Shown: positions 44,601 to 54,524 of the stretch, one piece after another
Numbering within the stretch: position 1 is the first letter of the stretch
Layout: every line of letters starts with the position of its first letter
From: a virus
Virus record (IMG/VR): IMGVR_UViG_3300033156_000692
DNA: 64,000 nucleotides
Strand: one strand, 5' to 3'
Notes under the pieces: generated by a model
Database searches by the model: none
What the model saw: the letters and a program-made list of their open reading frames with translations, nothing else
What the model was told of the DNA's origin: nothing
Made by a program: the position numbers and the translations under genes

Positions 44601-45235
44601 CGCTCGGGCGCGGGAAGGGCGGCGGTGGTCCAACTCCAGTTCCGGTTGGGCCGTTTGGGCGTGTTTGGGACTGGGTAAAGCGCGGGGCGAGCTGGGTCTG
44701 GTCAAAGATCAAGACCGGGGGAGCCTGGCTCTGGAATACTATACTCGCCCCCGCTGGCAAGTGGGTGCTTGGCAGACTAGGAGGAGCACTGGGCGGTGCT
44801 CTGGGGGGAACGCTTGGTACGATTGGGACGGTAGTTGGCGGACTTGGGCTGGCCGCCGCAGCCGGCTATGGCATCTATCGTTGGGCTAGCAGCCGGGCGG
44901 ATATAGAGGCCGCGAGACGAAGGGAGCTGCTGGGCCAACTGTCTCCTGAGCAGCTCAAGACTTACTACCAAATCTCGCGGATCTACGGCGAGGCAATGGC
45001 CATGGGGTGGGCGGAAAAGGCCCTAGCGCAGGGCGCTGCCCCCACACAACAACAAACAACGCTGCATATAGACTACCATCCAATCCTACAGGTCCCCGAG
45101 GGCACCACTAAGGAGCAAGCCCAAGCTCTTCTTGACGATGTGTTGGCGTTGATACAGCAACACTTGCGCCAGGCGCAGGTGGAGGCCTTGTTGAATGAGC
45201 AGCGAAGTCCAGGGCTGGTTCCTGTGAATCCGTAG
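41693..45235 (+). CDS. tail tape measure protein
   Basis: 1180 aa, alpha-helical with hydrophobic stretches and Gly-rich segments; position. Confidence 0.85.
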   Translation: MAGDRYQNYVWQVIGWRVDEASANATFQRVSSSARQMGQAVSREFQRGMSGASAAIGRVADEFGRMAFRYTYYAMIIGRLSQYVLGRLMTRPFYQAAQEMDSARAQLRVLTEDTAKYIDLLTQAAQQLALVLPETATDIVQGFTAALRAGRPLSELRDLIESASSLRLISKQALRTEVEYMSLLRAAYPGYTPGRLGDIMAKAATMSVFGVAELEDAVRRGLSTMASLGMAFESGVAQILSFAQVGVEPTRAGTMLRRLTMRELQPRIRQWSASAFSYLRSWAYRLADETGEYFQRLVEGLGGDIERARAIVREIQNMPQVPDYTRPGETTYWTATAAQIAQILEPERYYQRIRPGLTEIWGVREVEPFLAVAGFRYKTPTGEILRGIEAFRYLEQTLRDSEGALKRVIAEYRKSYEWAEAQARATSQAFKQTLGLPMLENVRIFKLAQTAIVGALVGLITGSDKLMDRWQELGGTMEALKQAVQDSSSRLGQFRAAMIATTIQVTGIFMKILGLLGLAASTFGLIGVKAMDVAEQMIAEGTIPLLGAIPGEILARARRTVILPGGRRVTQGQWSPLYVIWRALLAKAASPFKTITAIFTSILALAWIWHANLGRIRSRMDNLVGRLEGVTDIVKTIADTVRGFFYPLTSLLSGLRVGFNAALNLFAWGLRGAIEIFTLLGKALRAMWESPFGRAVRFIVSFPLKMFGGVAGFFTGLAFIFWMLERWGRAIATVKRWYAGSRIARWVKNLTDILSVEGWEGLGKRAGSRIDRMFGRLLGWNLRRFGKGLNALIMNLQFYIGLVLGAFKEQGLVGGIKTALSVLLNAAWSFSSALGRYIAQLASPLTAFIRGLFTSSVILQKLAEFLKSQIMWRAVGWLAGTRLGKWVATLLGSLLGRGRGGGTITTTAGLLGLIAGQPFRGWGMEILWGEFIWGLKETASILKGGLISALQRFRDWLATIVASRWFPMPSLGRGKGGGGPTPVPVGPFGRVWDWVKRGASWVWSKIKTGGAWLWNTILAPAGKWVLGRLGGALGGALGGTLGTIGTVVGGLGLAAAAGYGIYRWASSRADIEAARRRELLGQLSPEQLKTYYQISRIYGEAMAMGWAEKALAQGAAPTQQQTTLHIDYHPILQVPEGTTKEQAQALLDDVLALIQQHLRQAQVEALLNEQRSPGLVPVNP

Positions 45236-45241
45236 TGCGCG

Positions 45242-45982
45242 ATGAGCATTCAAAAAGGAGTAATTTACAATCCCTCTCTTGGGATTAGGATTGAATTCCA
45301 GTATAACCCCGAAGAGATAGAGGAAGAGAAAGGGATTAAGTGGCACGGTGAGGACATCCAAGGGATGGTGTCCCCCCTGGCCACGTTCCAAAACGGCGAC
45401 TTCCGCCGTGTTCGCATGCGACTCTTCCTCGACGCCTTCGGCAGCCATCATCCCGATGGGCATATCGCCGGAGACCTAAACGCCATACGGGCGCTTGCTA
45501 TTCCTTACGACAACTTCGGCCTCCCAACTGTACCCCTACCTCAACCGCTGCGGGGTGTAGAAAGCCGAGGCGTGGGGAAGCAGGGCGGTGTACCACCGCT
45601 GGTGAAAATCGCCTACGGGGGGCACGTATACGGGGCATTGATCTCTCGATACCGAATTCGAGAGGTACTACACGGGATCACCCAGGCAGCCAAACCCCGC
45701 AACTTGCCGGTGCGGGCATGGGTAGATTTGGAATTCATTGCTGTTGACGACTATCGGATGTTGGCCGACTTCTCCGTCCACAACCCGGGCATCGATAGCG
45801 GACTATCCATGGAGGGAATGTCATTCGTGGCGCCAGAAGGGGCGATGAGCCTATCTAACATGCCTGGCTTCACCCAGATGGAACAGGCCATTTCCAGCGT
45901 TCTAAATCTGGGGCAGTCGTTCACCGGGGGGCTTGGCGGCGTGTCGGCGGACTTTTGGAACCTGACATTGGGGGAACAGTAA
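45242..45982 (+). CDS. tail/baseplate protein immediately after the tape measure (gpU-like position)
   Basis: Position only. Confidence 0.4.
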   Translation: MSIQKGVIYNPSLGIRIEFQYNPEEIEEEKGIKWHGEDIQGMVSPLATFQNGDFRRVRMRLFLDAFGSHHPDGHIAGDLNAIRALAIPYDNFGLPTVPLPQPLRGVESRGVGKQGGVPPLVKIAYGGHVYGALISRYRIREVLHGITQAAKPRNLPVRAWVDLEFIAVDDYRMLADFSVHNPGIDSGLSMEGMSFVAPEGAMSLSNMPGFTQMEQAISSVLNLGQSFTGGLGGVSADFWNLTLGEQ

Positions 45983-46000
45983 ATCTGGTGGAGGCGGCGG

Positions 46001-46249
46001 ATGAAAAGGGAAGAGCAGCGGCTTCTTAACTGGCTGGGATATACCATCAGGGAATTCCGCACTCCAGAGACCTCCATCCCCGCCGATTCTGTCCTTCATC
46101 GTTGTCGACAAGGAGATATGTTGGACTATCTGTCTTACCTCTACTTCAGGCGCCATGACTTGTGGTACTTGATTGCGGATGTCAACGGCATCATGGACCC
46201 CTTCTTCAAGTGTGAAGGAGGGGAAAGGTTAATTATTCCGAAGCGTTAA
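46001..46249 (+). CDS. LysM-like tail protein (P2 gpX-like)
   Basis: GDMLDYLSYLYF...IADVNGIMDPF...GERLIIP is LysM-like. Confidence 0.55.
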   Translation: MKREEQRLLNWLGYTIREFRTPETSIPADSVLHRCRQGDMLDYLSYLYFRRHDLWYLIADVNGIMDPFFKCEGGERLIIPKR

Positions 46250-46250
46250 T

Positions 46251-47879
46251 ATGCCACTTACGGGTTTAACACCGCCCTCTCAAGTGTTGCGCCTTCAGGG
46301 TGCCTTCGCCGTATATCGCGGGAATGAGGAGTTGGACCGCTACTTCCCTACTGCGCTGAACGGATACCAGATTGGCGCCCGCCAGCGTATTAAGTCGGTG
46401 GAGATAACCACTGCTATCAACAAGATCCATATAGCCAAGATTGAGTTCTCTGACCCCGAATATTCGGTGCTGGAGAACATTCTAGAGGCATGGAACTATA
46501 CCAACCGTGAGAATCCACTTGCCGAGACGTGGACGGCCAAGATTGGGTACTTTGACACGCCCGAAAGCACTTGGGCAACGTTCTCCGGAATTCCCCAGGT
46601 GGCAGATTACAGCTTCCCCCGCCGGGGAAACCCTTCCATTACAGTGATTCTTTTTGCCCCCATAGTGGCCCTGAAGAAGAACAGGACCCCGGCGGGTCAC
46701 CACATGACGTGCAATCCATCCTGCCCTAGTTTGCGGATGGCAATGCAAAACATCGCAAGGCATTATGGGCTTTCTCTAAACCTGGGGTCCCTTGATGGCA
46801 TTGTTGCGCGGGTAGACGCGGCTTTCCGGGCGCAGGTTGACGATCCATCTGCTGAGATCAATCAGTACTTCAGTTTTAATCGTGCTGCCGCCGCCAGCTT
46901 TACGAAGCTATCCAAAATAGACAACAACCAAACTATGGCCAATGACTACGAATATTTGGTCGCCGTAGGAGAGAAACTGGTGGCCATCTACCGGAAACTA
47001 GAGAGCGACCACGTGACCAGCACCGAGCTTGGGGATGTGCAAGACGACCTGTGGACATCGGTGGCGCATGCTGATGACACACTGGTGGTAGAAGTGCGGG
47101 GAGGCACCCTCTATGTATGCCTGATGAAGGATCTTATTCAAGACCTTTCTAGGGTTACGATCTACAGCTACCGCGAGGGCGAGCGCACTCTGCTGGAGTT
47201 CCGCCCCATCATCAGCCAGAGCGACGCTCAGACCACCGGCTTTACCGAGCTGTACGGGATAGAGGACCCCGACATCTTTGCGCGGAACTACGGGGTAGTA
47301 GCCAAGCACATAGCGGCGGATTCACTGGCTCCCCCTGAGCACATGCCCCGCATCCCCGCCATTCAGACAGGCTCTATGGATTATGCTACTCCAAGCGACA
47401 GAAAGGCCTCTGACATCAACGCCCTCCAGCCCCCTAAAGGCCTGTATCTATGTTCCTCTCTGACCGGGCAGCCCTATGATAAACAAGTAACCCTAGATTG
47501 GTTGGTGGGGATGCTCGCCACCAACATCCGGGGAGAGGCGACCGTGATTGGTACGCCGTGGATGACTGCTGGAAGACTGGTGGGATTCACTGGGCTGGCG
47601 CGTGGACCGGAAACCCCAGCCACAGTGCAATCCCCACAGGCGTACCCGGTGCTGTCACGTATCTATCAAGTGGAGGAATGCACCCATCATCTAGATGAGA
47701 CTGGCTTCTACTGGACGAAGATGACGGTGAGGGGGGCGACCACCGATACCTCGCTGGCCACATTGGCTGAGGCTGTGTCTCAGGGGGCGGCCACTGAGGC
47801 CAGCGTACAGGCACAGCTAGAAGAGATGGTAAGGGAAACCATCTCCCCCGAGACGGAAGAGGAAACAGGAGGCTTTTGA
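46251..47879 (+). CDS. baseplate hub / late-control gpD-like protein
   Basis: Position and size (542 aa). Confidence 0.5.
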   Translation: MPLTGLTPPSQVLRLQGAFAVYRGNEELDRYFPTALNGYQIGARQRIKSVEITTAINKIHIAKIEFSDPEYSVLENILEAWNYTNRENPLAETWTAKIGYFDTPESTWATFSGIPQVADYSFPRRGNPSITVILFAPIVALKKNRTPAGHHMTCNPSCPSLRMAMQNIARHYGLSLNLGSLDGIVARVDAAFRAQVDDPSAEINQYFSFNRAAAASFTKLSKIDNNQTMANDYEYLVAVGEKLVAIYRKLESDHVTSTELGDVQDDLWTSVAHADDTLVVEVRGGTLYVCLMKDLIQDLSRVTIYSYREGERTLLEFRPIISQSDAQTTGFTELYGIEDPDIFARNYGVVAKHIAADSLAPPEHMPRIPAIQTGSMDYATPSDRKASDINALQPPKGLYLCSSLTGQPYDKQVTLDWLVGMLATNIRGEATVIGTPWMTAGRLVGFTGLARGPETPATVQSPQAYPVLSRIYQVEECTHHLDETGFYWTKMTVRGATTDTSLATLAEAVSQGAATEASVQAQLEEMVRETISPETEEETGGF

Positions 47880-49294
47880 TGGAAGCTCCTAATGGTCCTG
47901 TTAGGGGAGAGATCGTAGCCGTCCGCTATCACCGTGGGGTGCCGTTCATTCGCGCCCGCATCCTGCAATGGTCGGGGAATCCATCTGACAAGCTGGGTGG
48001 AAAGGACTGGATTACCACCTGGGCTGAGCCATGCATGCCTTGGGGGACGCAGTGGTGCGGGGCCTGGTTCTCACCCAAGCCCGGCGAGAAGGTTTGGATT
48101 CTGTTTGAGAACGGGGATATTCATAAGCCCATTTTCCTTGGTTATGTCCCGTCGTGGGATCGCAAAGAGGCCGGCAGTCCCAATGACTGGGACATGCCGT
48201 TTGAGTTCGACAATGAGGACTATCTGAACAAGTTCCGGGAAGCGCCGGACCGTGAGCTCCCCCCACAGAAGTATCCAAAGATCTACCACGCCGGTCTTGT
48301 TAAGTCCCCCCTTGGCCAGTTTTTCCTGCTCCATGACAAAACCAAGCATGCGGTTATCCGTGGCGAGGATAAGGTGGAGATAGGAGAAGGGGCTATCCAT
48401 CCGCTTATCCTGGGGGATCGCTTCAAGCCTCGCTACAACAACCACACTCATCAAAACACCGTTCCACCGGTGGAGGAAGAGAATCGGATAGACGATTACG
48501 TTCTCTCTCAGTACGCCTTCATCCTCCACGATAAAGGGGAACAACCACCTCCTCGCATAGCCGTGGCTATAGCCGTCCTGGCGCAGCAGTTCGCCGAAAG
48601 CAGCGGGGGAGGCGGCGGAGATGGAGGAGAGCAATCTCCCCAGGAAATTGTCTACTCACTGGTTGACATAGCTGAGGACATAGGTATAGATACGTCCGAA
48701 GTCAATGATTTTCTTGAGCAGACCGGTACTGTCGTTTCTTCCTTTGAGGATTGGCTGGGGGGGCTAGAGGGAAAAGCCTCTAACCTGGCCGACCAGATCA
48801 TAAACTGGGTGGTTAAGGGATTAGAAGACCTACTGGGCATTAAGATCCCAGACGATCTCTTGCCCGACATTCTGGCGGCCATCGGGAAGCTCCTACAGGG
48901 AGACCCGAGTGGGGCACTGGATATCCTTAGGGGTGCCTTGGGCGACCTTGTCGGGGGCGCCACCCAATGGGTGCAGGAGCAAATCTCAAACTTTCTTGAA
49001 AACACCCTGCCGCAGATCAAGGGAGCTATCGCCCAACAGGCGGCGACGTTCTTGAGCGGGCTGCTGGGAACAGTAGTCCCGGTAGGAGCAGTTACTACCT
49101 GCATTGATGCAGCTATGGCCCTGGCAAAGGGGGATGCCAACGCCACGCTGTCCGGTTTCATGCAGGCTGCGGTGCAGATGGGGCTGTCAACTATTCCCGG
49201 GGGGCAAATGTTGGCGGGAGCCTTGGCTAGTGCTCTGACGGGCCTTGGAGCGCAGGCGCTGACGGGAGCGATAGCGGGAGCGCTGGGAGGCTAA
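47876..49294 (+). CDS. baseplate spike (gpV/gp5 OB-fold) with Gly/Ala-rich C-terminus
   Basis: RGEIVAVRYHRGVPFIRARI...PKPGEKVWILFENGDIHKPIFLGYV matches Phage_base_V. Confidence 0.7.
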   Translation: MMEAPNGPVRGEIVAVRYHRGVPFIRARILQWSGNPSDKLGGKDWITTWAEPCMPWGTQWCGAWFSPKPGEKVWILFENGDIHKPIFLGYVPSWDRKEAGSPNDWDMPFEFDNEDYLNKFREAPDRELPPQKYPKIYHAGLVKSPLGQFFLLHDKTKHAVIRGEDKVEIGEGAIHPLILGDRFKPRYNNHTHQNTVPPVEEENRIDDYVLSQYAFILHDKGEQPPPRIAVAIAVLAQQFAESSGGGGGDGGEQSPQEIVYSLVDIAEDIGIDTSEVNDFLEQTGTVVSSFEDWLGGLEGKASNLADQIINWVVKGLEDLLGIKIPDDLLPDILAAIGKLLQGDPSGALDILRGALGDLVGGATQWVQEQISNFLENTLPQIKGAIAQQAATFLSGLLGTVVPVGAVTTCIDAAMALAKGDANATLSGFMQAAVQMGLSTIPGGQMLAGALASALTGLGAQALTGAIAGALGG

Positions 49295-49295
49295 T

Positions 49296-49709
49296 GTGCC
49301 TTACTGGACATCTAAAGACGTAGGATATACAGGGCCGTCCTTCCCATTCAGGTTCGGTAGCGATGGGGCGGTAGCCATGTCATCGGCCGACCCCACCACA
49401 GGAGATTCCACCCATATCCGAGAGGCGTTGGCCCAGCTTTTCCTGACGAAGCGTGGGGAGAGGTTCTTCAACCGCGGGTTCGGGGCAGCCCCTACCCACC
49501 TATTGTTCGAGCTAAACGATGAATTGACTTTCTATATCTGGGCCAGCGAAGTAGTGGATTTGCTGAGGATATGGGAGCCCCGCGTGATGCTGCAAGACAT
49601 GCGAATCTTGGGCCGCGACCCCGATCAAGGCATTGCCGCGATTGCCGTCAAGTTCTGGATGTGGCGCTCTCAAACTAGTGAGTGGGTTCCGTTGTTCGTG
49701 AGAGGCTGA
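49296..49709 (+). CDS. baseplate wedge gpW/gp25-like protein
   Basis: LTKRGERFFNRGFGAA...WEPRVML matches the GPW_gp25 family. Confidence 0.7.
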   Translation: MPYWTSKDVGYTGPSFPFRFGSDGAVAMSSADPTTGDSTHIREALAQLFLTKRGERFFNRGFGAAPTHLLFELNDELTFYIWASEVVDLLRIWEPRVMLQDMRILGRDPDQGIAAIAVKFWMWRSQTSEWVPLFVRG

Positions 49710-51166
49710 CGATGGGTAAGATCATTAATGAGGAACGCCTAAGACAGCTTTATACAAAAGAAGAATTTGAAGACATATTGGCCTTTTTTAAGGACGCCAT
49801 CCGGCAATCATTCCCCCAGTGGAACTCCTTGCTTGATACAGATGCCGGGGTGGTGTTGCTTGAGCTTTTCGCCGGCATTGCCGACATGTTCCGTTTCTAC
49901 CAGAACGTCCATGCGGTGGAGGCATTTCCGTCTCTGGCCCAGCTCCGACAATCGCTAGTACGTCACGCCAAGTGGTTTGGGTATGTGCCTAAGCCCGCCG
50001 GGGCAGCGAGGGTTGATCTGAAGTTTACGGCCACCAACCCGGCTACCGGCGCTACTGTGCCTGTGGGCACCCAGGTGGCCACCGAGGATGGGCAGATCGT
50101 CTTTGAGACGGTAGAGCCTCTGTCCATTCCACCAGGGGAGATGACTGGGACGGTGGGGGCCATCCACGCCCATCGTGTGGCTAATGAGGTGCTTGGCGCG
50201 TCCAACGGCGAGCCCAATCAAATGTTCACTCTTCTACAAAAGCCGCTGGTCATGTTGACCACAGAAGACGGCGAAGACCAGCTGGCGGTCCAAGTCTATG
50301 TGGGGGGAGAAGAGTGGTCTGTTGTGCGGAGCCTGGCATGGGCCAGCGAGCTGGGAGGGGGAAATGGGAACGCATGCCGGCTGGACATAGACGAGAACGA
50401 TGAAGCCAGAATTGTTTTTGGCGACGGAGTATTCGGCAATATCCCTCCCGAGGGAGCTACCATCACGGCCACCTACTGGGTGGGTGGTGGCAAGGAAGGT
50501 AACGTAGGGGCAAACACTCTCACTCGCCTGTTGACCCCCATCCCAAATATCGCTTCGGTTACCAATCCCGAGGCGGCCAGCGGTGGTTATGACCGGGAGA
50601 GTGACGAGGAGCTGCGCCGCAATATCCCCTCCCAGGTCATCACTCGGGGGCGCGCCGTTACACGGGATGATTACCGCCGGCTGATTGAGGCCTTTGGGGA
50701 AGTGGCTGCTGTCAACGTCCACCACCCCAAAGACAATGTTGTTGAGGTCTATGTGTTACCCGAGGGTGGCGGTAAGCCCAGCGAAGAGCTCAAGTCTAAG
50801 ATAGCCGACTATCTAGATAACATCCGCATGATTACTGAGGATGTGCGGGTGCTGAGCCCGACCCTAGTGCCGGTGGACGTAGCCGTAAAGGTATATGTGT
50901 CGCCGGGCACTAACGTTGACAGCGTGCACACCGCAGTCTACCAGGTACTCAAAGGGCATCTATCCCTGCCGGAATTCGCCCGCACGCTGTATCCATCCGA
51001 CATCTTCTCCCTCATCATGCAAAACGTTCCCGATGTGGTGAAGATGGACTTGGACACTATGGCCCGCCACGGCGAAACGGGGGTAGAGGCCCTGATAGGT
51101 GAGCCCGGAGAGGCGTTTATCCCCGGCGACATCCAGGTAAGCGTGTACATCCTGTCTGAGGACTGA
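49682..51166 (+). CDS. baseplate J-like protein
   Basis: Size and position after gpW; Baseplate_J-like. Confidence 0.65.
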   Translation: MGSVVRERLTMGKIINEERLRQLYTKEEFEDILAFFKDAIRQSFPQWNSLLDTDAGVVLLELFAGIADMFRFYQNVHAVEAFPSLAQLRQSLVRHAKWFGYVPKPAGAARVDLKFTATNPATGATVPVGTQVATEDGQIVFETVEPLSIPPGEMTGTVGAIHAHRVANEVLGASNGEPNQMFTLLQKPLVMLTTEDGEDQLAVQVYVGGEEWSVVRSLAWASELGGGNGNACRLDIDENDEARIVFGDGVFGNIPPEGATITATYWVGGGKEGNVGANTLTRLLTPIPNIASVTNPEAASGGYDRESDEELRRNIPSQVITRGRAVTRDDYRRLIEAFGEVAAVNVHHPKDNVVEVYVLPEGGGKPSEELKSKIADYLDNIRMITEDVRVLSPTLVPVDVAVKVYVSPGTNVDSVHTAVYQVLKGHLSLPEFARTLYPSDIFSLIMQNVPDVVKMDLDTMARHGETGVEALIGEPGEAFIPGDIQVSVYILSED

Positions 51167-51167
51167 T

Positions 51168-52364
51168 ATGGCGGAGTTTGTTCCCAAGCAGATAGAGATT
51201 GACCTTTACGGGCTGCTGCCACCAGTTTACCACCGCTACGACGAGGCTCTTGGTGAGCCCCTCAAAAAGTTTTTGGAGCCGCTACAACAGAAGCTGGACG
51301 AGATCTATCAAGACCAACAGCGGGTGGCGCTGGTGCAGGACCCCGACCTGTGCCGGGCTGATTTCCTGCCGTGGATTGCCCGTTCGCTGGGCTGGGACTT
51401 CATGTCCACTACCGAGAATGGACGGCGGCTTGAAGTCCGCGAGATCGCCAACTTTTATGATTTGAAGGGCACTCCTTACGCCGTGCGATTGTACTCATCG
51501 TTGATTTTCGGCCCGTATTTCCAGCGCCTCTACGAGTTCTACGATGGGAACAAAAGTTCGATCTCCAGCATCCGTTATGACTACGAGAACTTCCACTATT
51601 GGCTGCGCTATCTGCTGGAAGGGAATGGCCAGTTTGCACAAGAATCGTGGCGCGATCAGAAGATCGCCGAGAGGGGGAGACCATACGCCTTTGATAGGGA
51701 GAAAAGGCTGTATGAGTACGTAGTAATGAACTTCGTGTCCCCCCGCATCTATACCCCGGGCGATCTGCGTCCCCGTGTAATCCGGTTTGTGCGCCATTAT
51801 CGCAAATTTCACCCAGCCGGGCGCTACTGCTACGTGATGTTCTTTATGCCAATTGGCAACGATGAAGAAAGCAAGTTAGCCGACTACATGATAGATGAGT
51901 TGTCCGGCGTGGTGCACTTTGACTCCTATTGGCAATTCGACGAGGGCATTCATTTCGATGAGGGGCCTGGCCCTGTACATGATAGTCTTTCGACTATCAA
52001 GATAGTCCAGTATCGTAGGTTTGACGAGGGAGAGGAAGAGGTCGCCGCCACCGGCGATGGGCAGACTACCGAATTTTCCGGAACGCTCGTCCATGTGCCC
52101 ATCAACCCATACGGCATCAACTTTAAGACGACTATCAACGGTCAGATCATTGTTATCCCGGATGATGGCAACGGCAATCTGGCCGACTCTGGCGGGGTAG
52201 CAACGGGAACCATCGACTATAACACTGGCGACTGGTCACTGTCCTTTACCACCCCGCCTGATTCCGGCAAGAACATCGTAGCCGAGTTTGTAAGGCTGTT
52301 CGATGAAGGCTGGCACTTCGACGAGACGTACAGCCTGGCGGCGGCTGTTATAGAACTCGATTAA
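51168..52364 (+). CDS. tail protein I-like (baseplate)
   Basis: Position after J. Confidence 0.5.
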   Translation: MAEFVPKQIEIDLYGLLPPVYHRYDEALGEPLKKFLEPLQQKLDEIYQDQQRVALVQDPDLCRADFLPWIARSLGWDFMSTTENGRRLEVREIANFYDLKGTPYAVRLYSSLIFGPYFQRLYEFYDGNKSSISSIRYDYENFHYWLRYLLEGNGQFAQESWRDQKIAERGRPYAFDREKRLYEYVVMNFVSPRIYTPGDLRPRVIRFVRHYRKFHPAGRYCYVMFFMPIGNDEESKLADYMIDELSGVVHFDSYWQFDEGIHFDEGPGPVHDSLSTIKIVQYRRFDEGEEEVAATGDGQTTEFSGTLVHVPINPYGINFKTTINGQIIVIPDDGNGNLADSGGVATGTIDYNTGDWSLSFTTPPDSGKNIVAEFVRLFDEGWHFDETYSLAAAVIELD

Positions 52365-52390
52365 TAGGGTTTGTTTAGGAGGATTCCCCT

Positions 52391-53755
52391 ATGGCTGCTA
52401 CACAAAAGAGATTCCACGACTATTATGCTATAGCCTCTACTGAGAATATCAACGAAAAGCTGGATCAGTTGCTTCAGCGCTGCGTCACCAGCGGCATGCA
52501 GGTGTCCAAGCTGGGCGACTGGACAGTTCAAATCGGGGCTGGTTCTTGGTTTTGCGATGGTGTAGTCATTCAAGAGATCACTGCTGTCTCCCAGCCCATT
52601 CAGATCGCTCCACCCTCAGATCAAGATCGCATAGACGTAATCTATGGGACTTACACCTACGACAAAACCAGCCCGCCTCCAGAGGCCACCTATGGGGTCT
52701 TACAGGGAACCCCCTCGGCCAATCCCGAGCCGCCATCCTTGACCTCTAACCAGGTCAAGCTGGCGGAAATCTACATCCCCTCTGACGCCGCCACCTTGGA
52801 CGACTGCACGATTCGTAACGTTTACTCTCTGAAAGAACAGCTTGAGATGTTGCTGGGGATAAAGGCCGAGGGGAACCTGTGGGTTCGTCCCGATGACCCC
52901 TGGAATAGCGAGAAGTGGATTGATGATGGTGATCTGTGGCTTGACACCGACGACAAGACGCTCTATGTATGGGACGAGCCCAGTCAGCAGTGGGTGCCCC
53001 CCACGATCCCAGCGCACGCCCCCACGCACCAAGAAGGCGGTGTAGATGAGCTAGATGTGGCGACGCTGGCGGATGCCAACAACCTCTTGCATCCCAGCAC
53101 CAAGGACTTCCATGATGGACTCCACATTAGTCACACCAGCCTGTCTGATGTCCACCCGGATCAACACCATGCTCGGGACCACGCCTCCCGGCACATGCCT
53201 GGCGGAGAAGATCCACTCCCATGGGGACACGAAGGTGGCACGAACGCCGACATGGTGGACGGTTATCATGCCTCGGCCTTTGCGCCAGCTGGTCACACCC
53301 ATCCTGGCTACGCCACCTCGCCCCACGGCAATGAAGAGCACATACCCGCATTTGCCGAAGAAGGGCACCAACACCCACTAAGTGATATTACTGGCACCAT
53401 TGCTAAAGCATGGATTGCTGTCGTTGATCCGCCAGACGAGCCGGTGCCAACCGGTGCTAATATCCACGAGGAGCGCATTCCTAATATTGATATCACTGGC
53501 ACCAAGGTCATTATTACGGGATTGCGCGTCCACGTGGCTACTGCTCCTACCGATAACATCGCCTTCACGTTCAAGCGAAATGGAGTGGCTATTGGAACTG
53601 TAATTGTCTCCACCGGTACCACAAGCGGATCTTTCGACCCCAACCCGGTTGTGGAGCTCAACACTGGAGACATCCTACAGATTGACGGTCCCGCCGATGC
53701 AGCTGGTGCTACTGGACTGGATGCCAAGTTCCTGATTGCGCGGGTCCAGGCGTAG
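52391..53755 (+). CDS. tail fibre protein with His-rich (HxH-containing) segment
   Basis: Position; DQHHARDHASRH...GHTHPG...GHQHP. Confidence 0.55.
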   Translation: MAATQKRFHDYYAIASTENINEKLDQLLQRCVTSGMQVSKLGDWTVQIGAGSWFCDGVVIQEITAVSQPIQIAPPSDQDRIDVIYGTYTYDKTSPPPEATYGVLQGTPSANPEPPSLTSNQVKLAEIYIPSDAATLDDCTIRNVYSLKEQLEMLLGIKAEGNLWVRPDDPWNSEKWIDDGDLWLDTDDKTLYVWDEPSQQWVPPTIPAHAPTHQEGGVDELDVATLADANNLLHPSTKDFHDGLHISHTSLSDVHPDQHHARDHASRHMPGGEDPLPWGHEGGTNADMVDGYHASAFAPAGHTHPGYATSPHGNEEHIPAFAEEGHQHPLSDITGTIAKAWIAVVDPPDEPVPTGANIHEERIPNIDITGTKVIITGLRVHVATAPTDNIAFTFKRNGVAIGTVIVSTGTTSGSFDPNPVVELNTGDILQIDGPADAAGATGLDAKFLIARVQA

Positions 53756-53763
53756 GGGGAAAC

Positions 53764-54447
53764 ATGGATTTTACAAACATTGCACAGAAGTCGGCTAATG
53801 TAGAGAACGCGGGGACGCTGGTTTATCTAGATGTTACGGTTCAAACTAACGATTTAATCTGGGGATTGGCCGGTGTATATAACGGGACCCCGAGCTTGTC
53901 CTTAAGCAATCTTACTAGCCAGCTCGTCGGCAAACATGAGGCCTTTGGCGAGCACGTCCGTACAGATACCAGGTATTATGGCGTGATTTGTCCAGAGGGG
54001 GCTGCCGTCTACCTGTGGAAAGCCCAGGCCGATGGCGTCGCACGCATCACTCTGCAACGGGGGGCGTACAATGCAGATGGTCCGCTTGGCGATCTATCTT
54101 TGTTCGTGCTAGTGGCGCGGCCAGACGCGGACCATAACTGGAAGCTATGTGTGGATTCTTACACTAGAGGAAATAAACGCACTCTGCGTGCCCCGGTTGC
54201 GACTGGCAATGCGATCTACGTAGTTCAGTATGCGTACTCTTCCTCCCCGCCGATTTCGGGCCTCGAATATGAGGCATGGCTTAACACGATCCCGGGCCAA
54301 GATGAAAACTTGGACGATGCTCGTGGCACAGCCATCAAGGCGACAACCAGCGGCACAGCCACAATTCAAACTTCTTCGGTTTATGCCATCGCGGCCTGGG
54401 CCGATCTGGCACAAGCTCGTCGTCGCACTCAAATAGTCTGGGTTTAA
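53764..54447 (+). CDS. tail-fibre-associated hypothetical protein
   Basis: ORF. Confidence 0.4.
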   Translation: MDFTNIAQKSANVENAGTLVYLDVTVQTNDLIWGLAGVYNGTPSLSLSNLTSQLVGKHEAFGEHVRTDTRYYGVICPEGAAVYLWKAQADGVARITLQRGAYNADGPLGDLSLFVLVARPDADHNWKLCVDSYTRGNKRTLRAPVATGNAIYVVQYAYSSSPPISGLEYEAWLNTIPGQDENLDDARGTAIKATTSGTATIQTSSVYAIAAWADLAQARRRTQIVWV

Positions 54448-54524
54448 GGGGGGCAAATTAGTAGCCTATGCCATATACGCCACCAGCGGCCACTGATGTT
54501 GCTTTGAGCTAGTAAGTTACTGAT

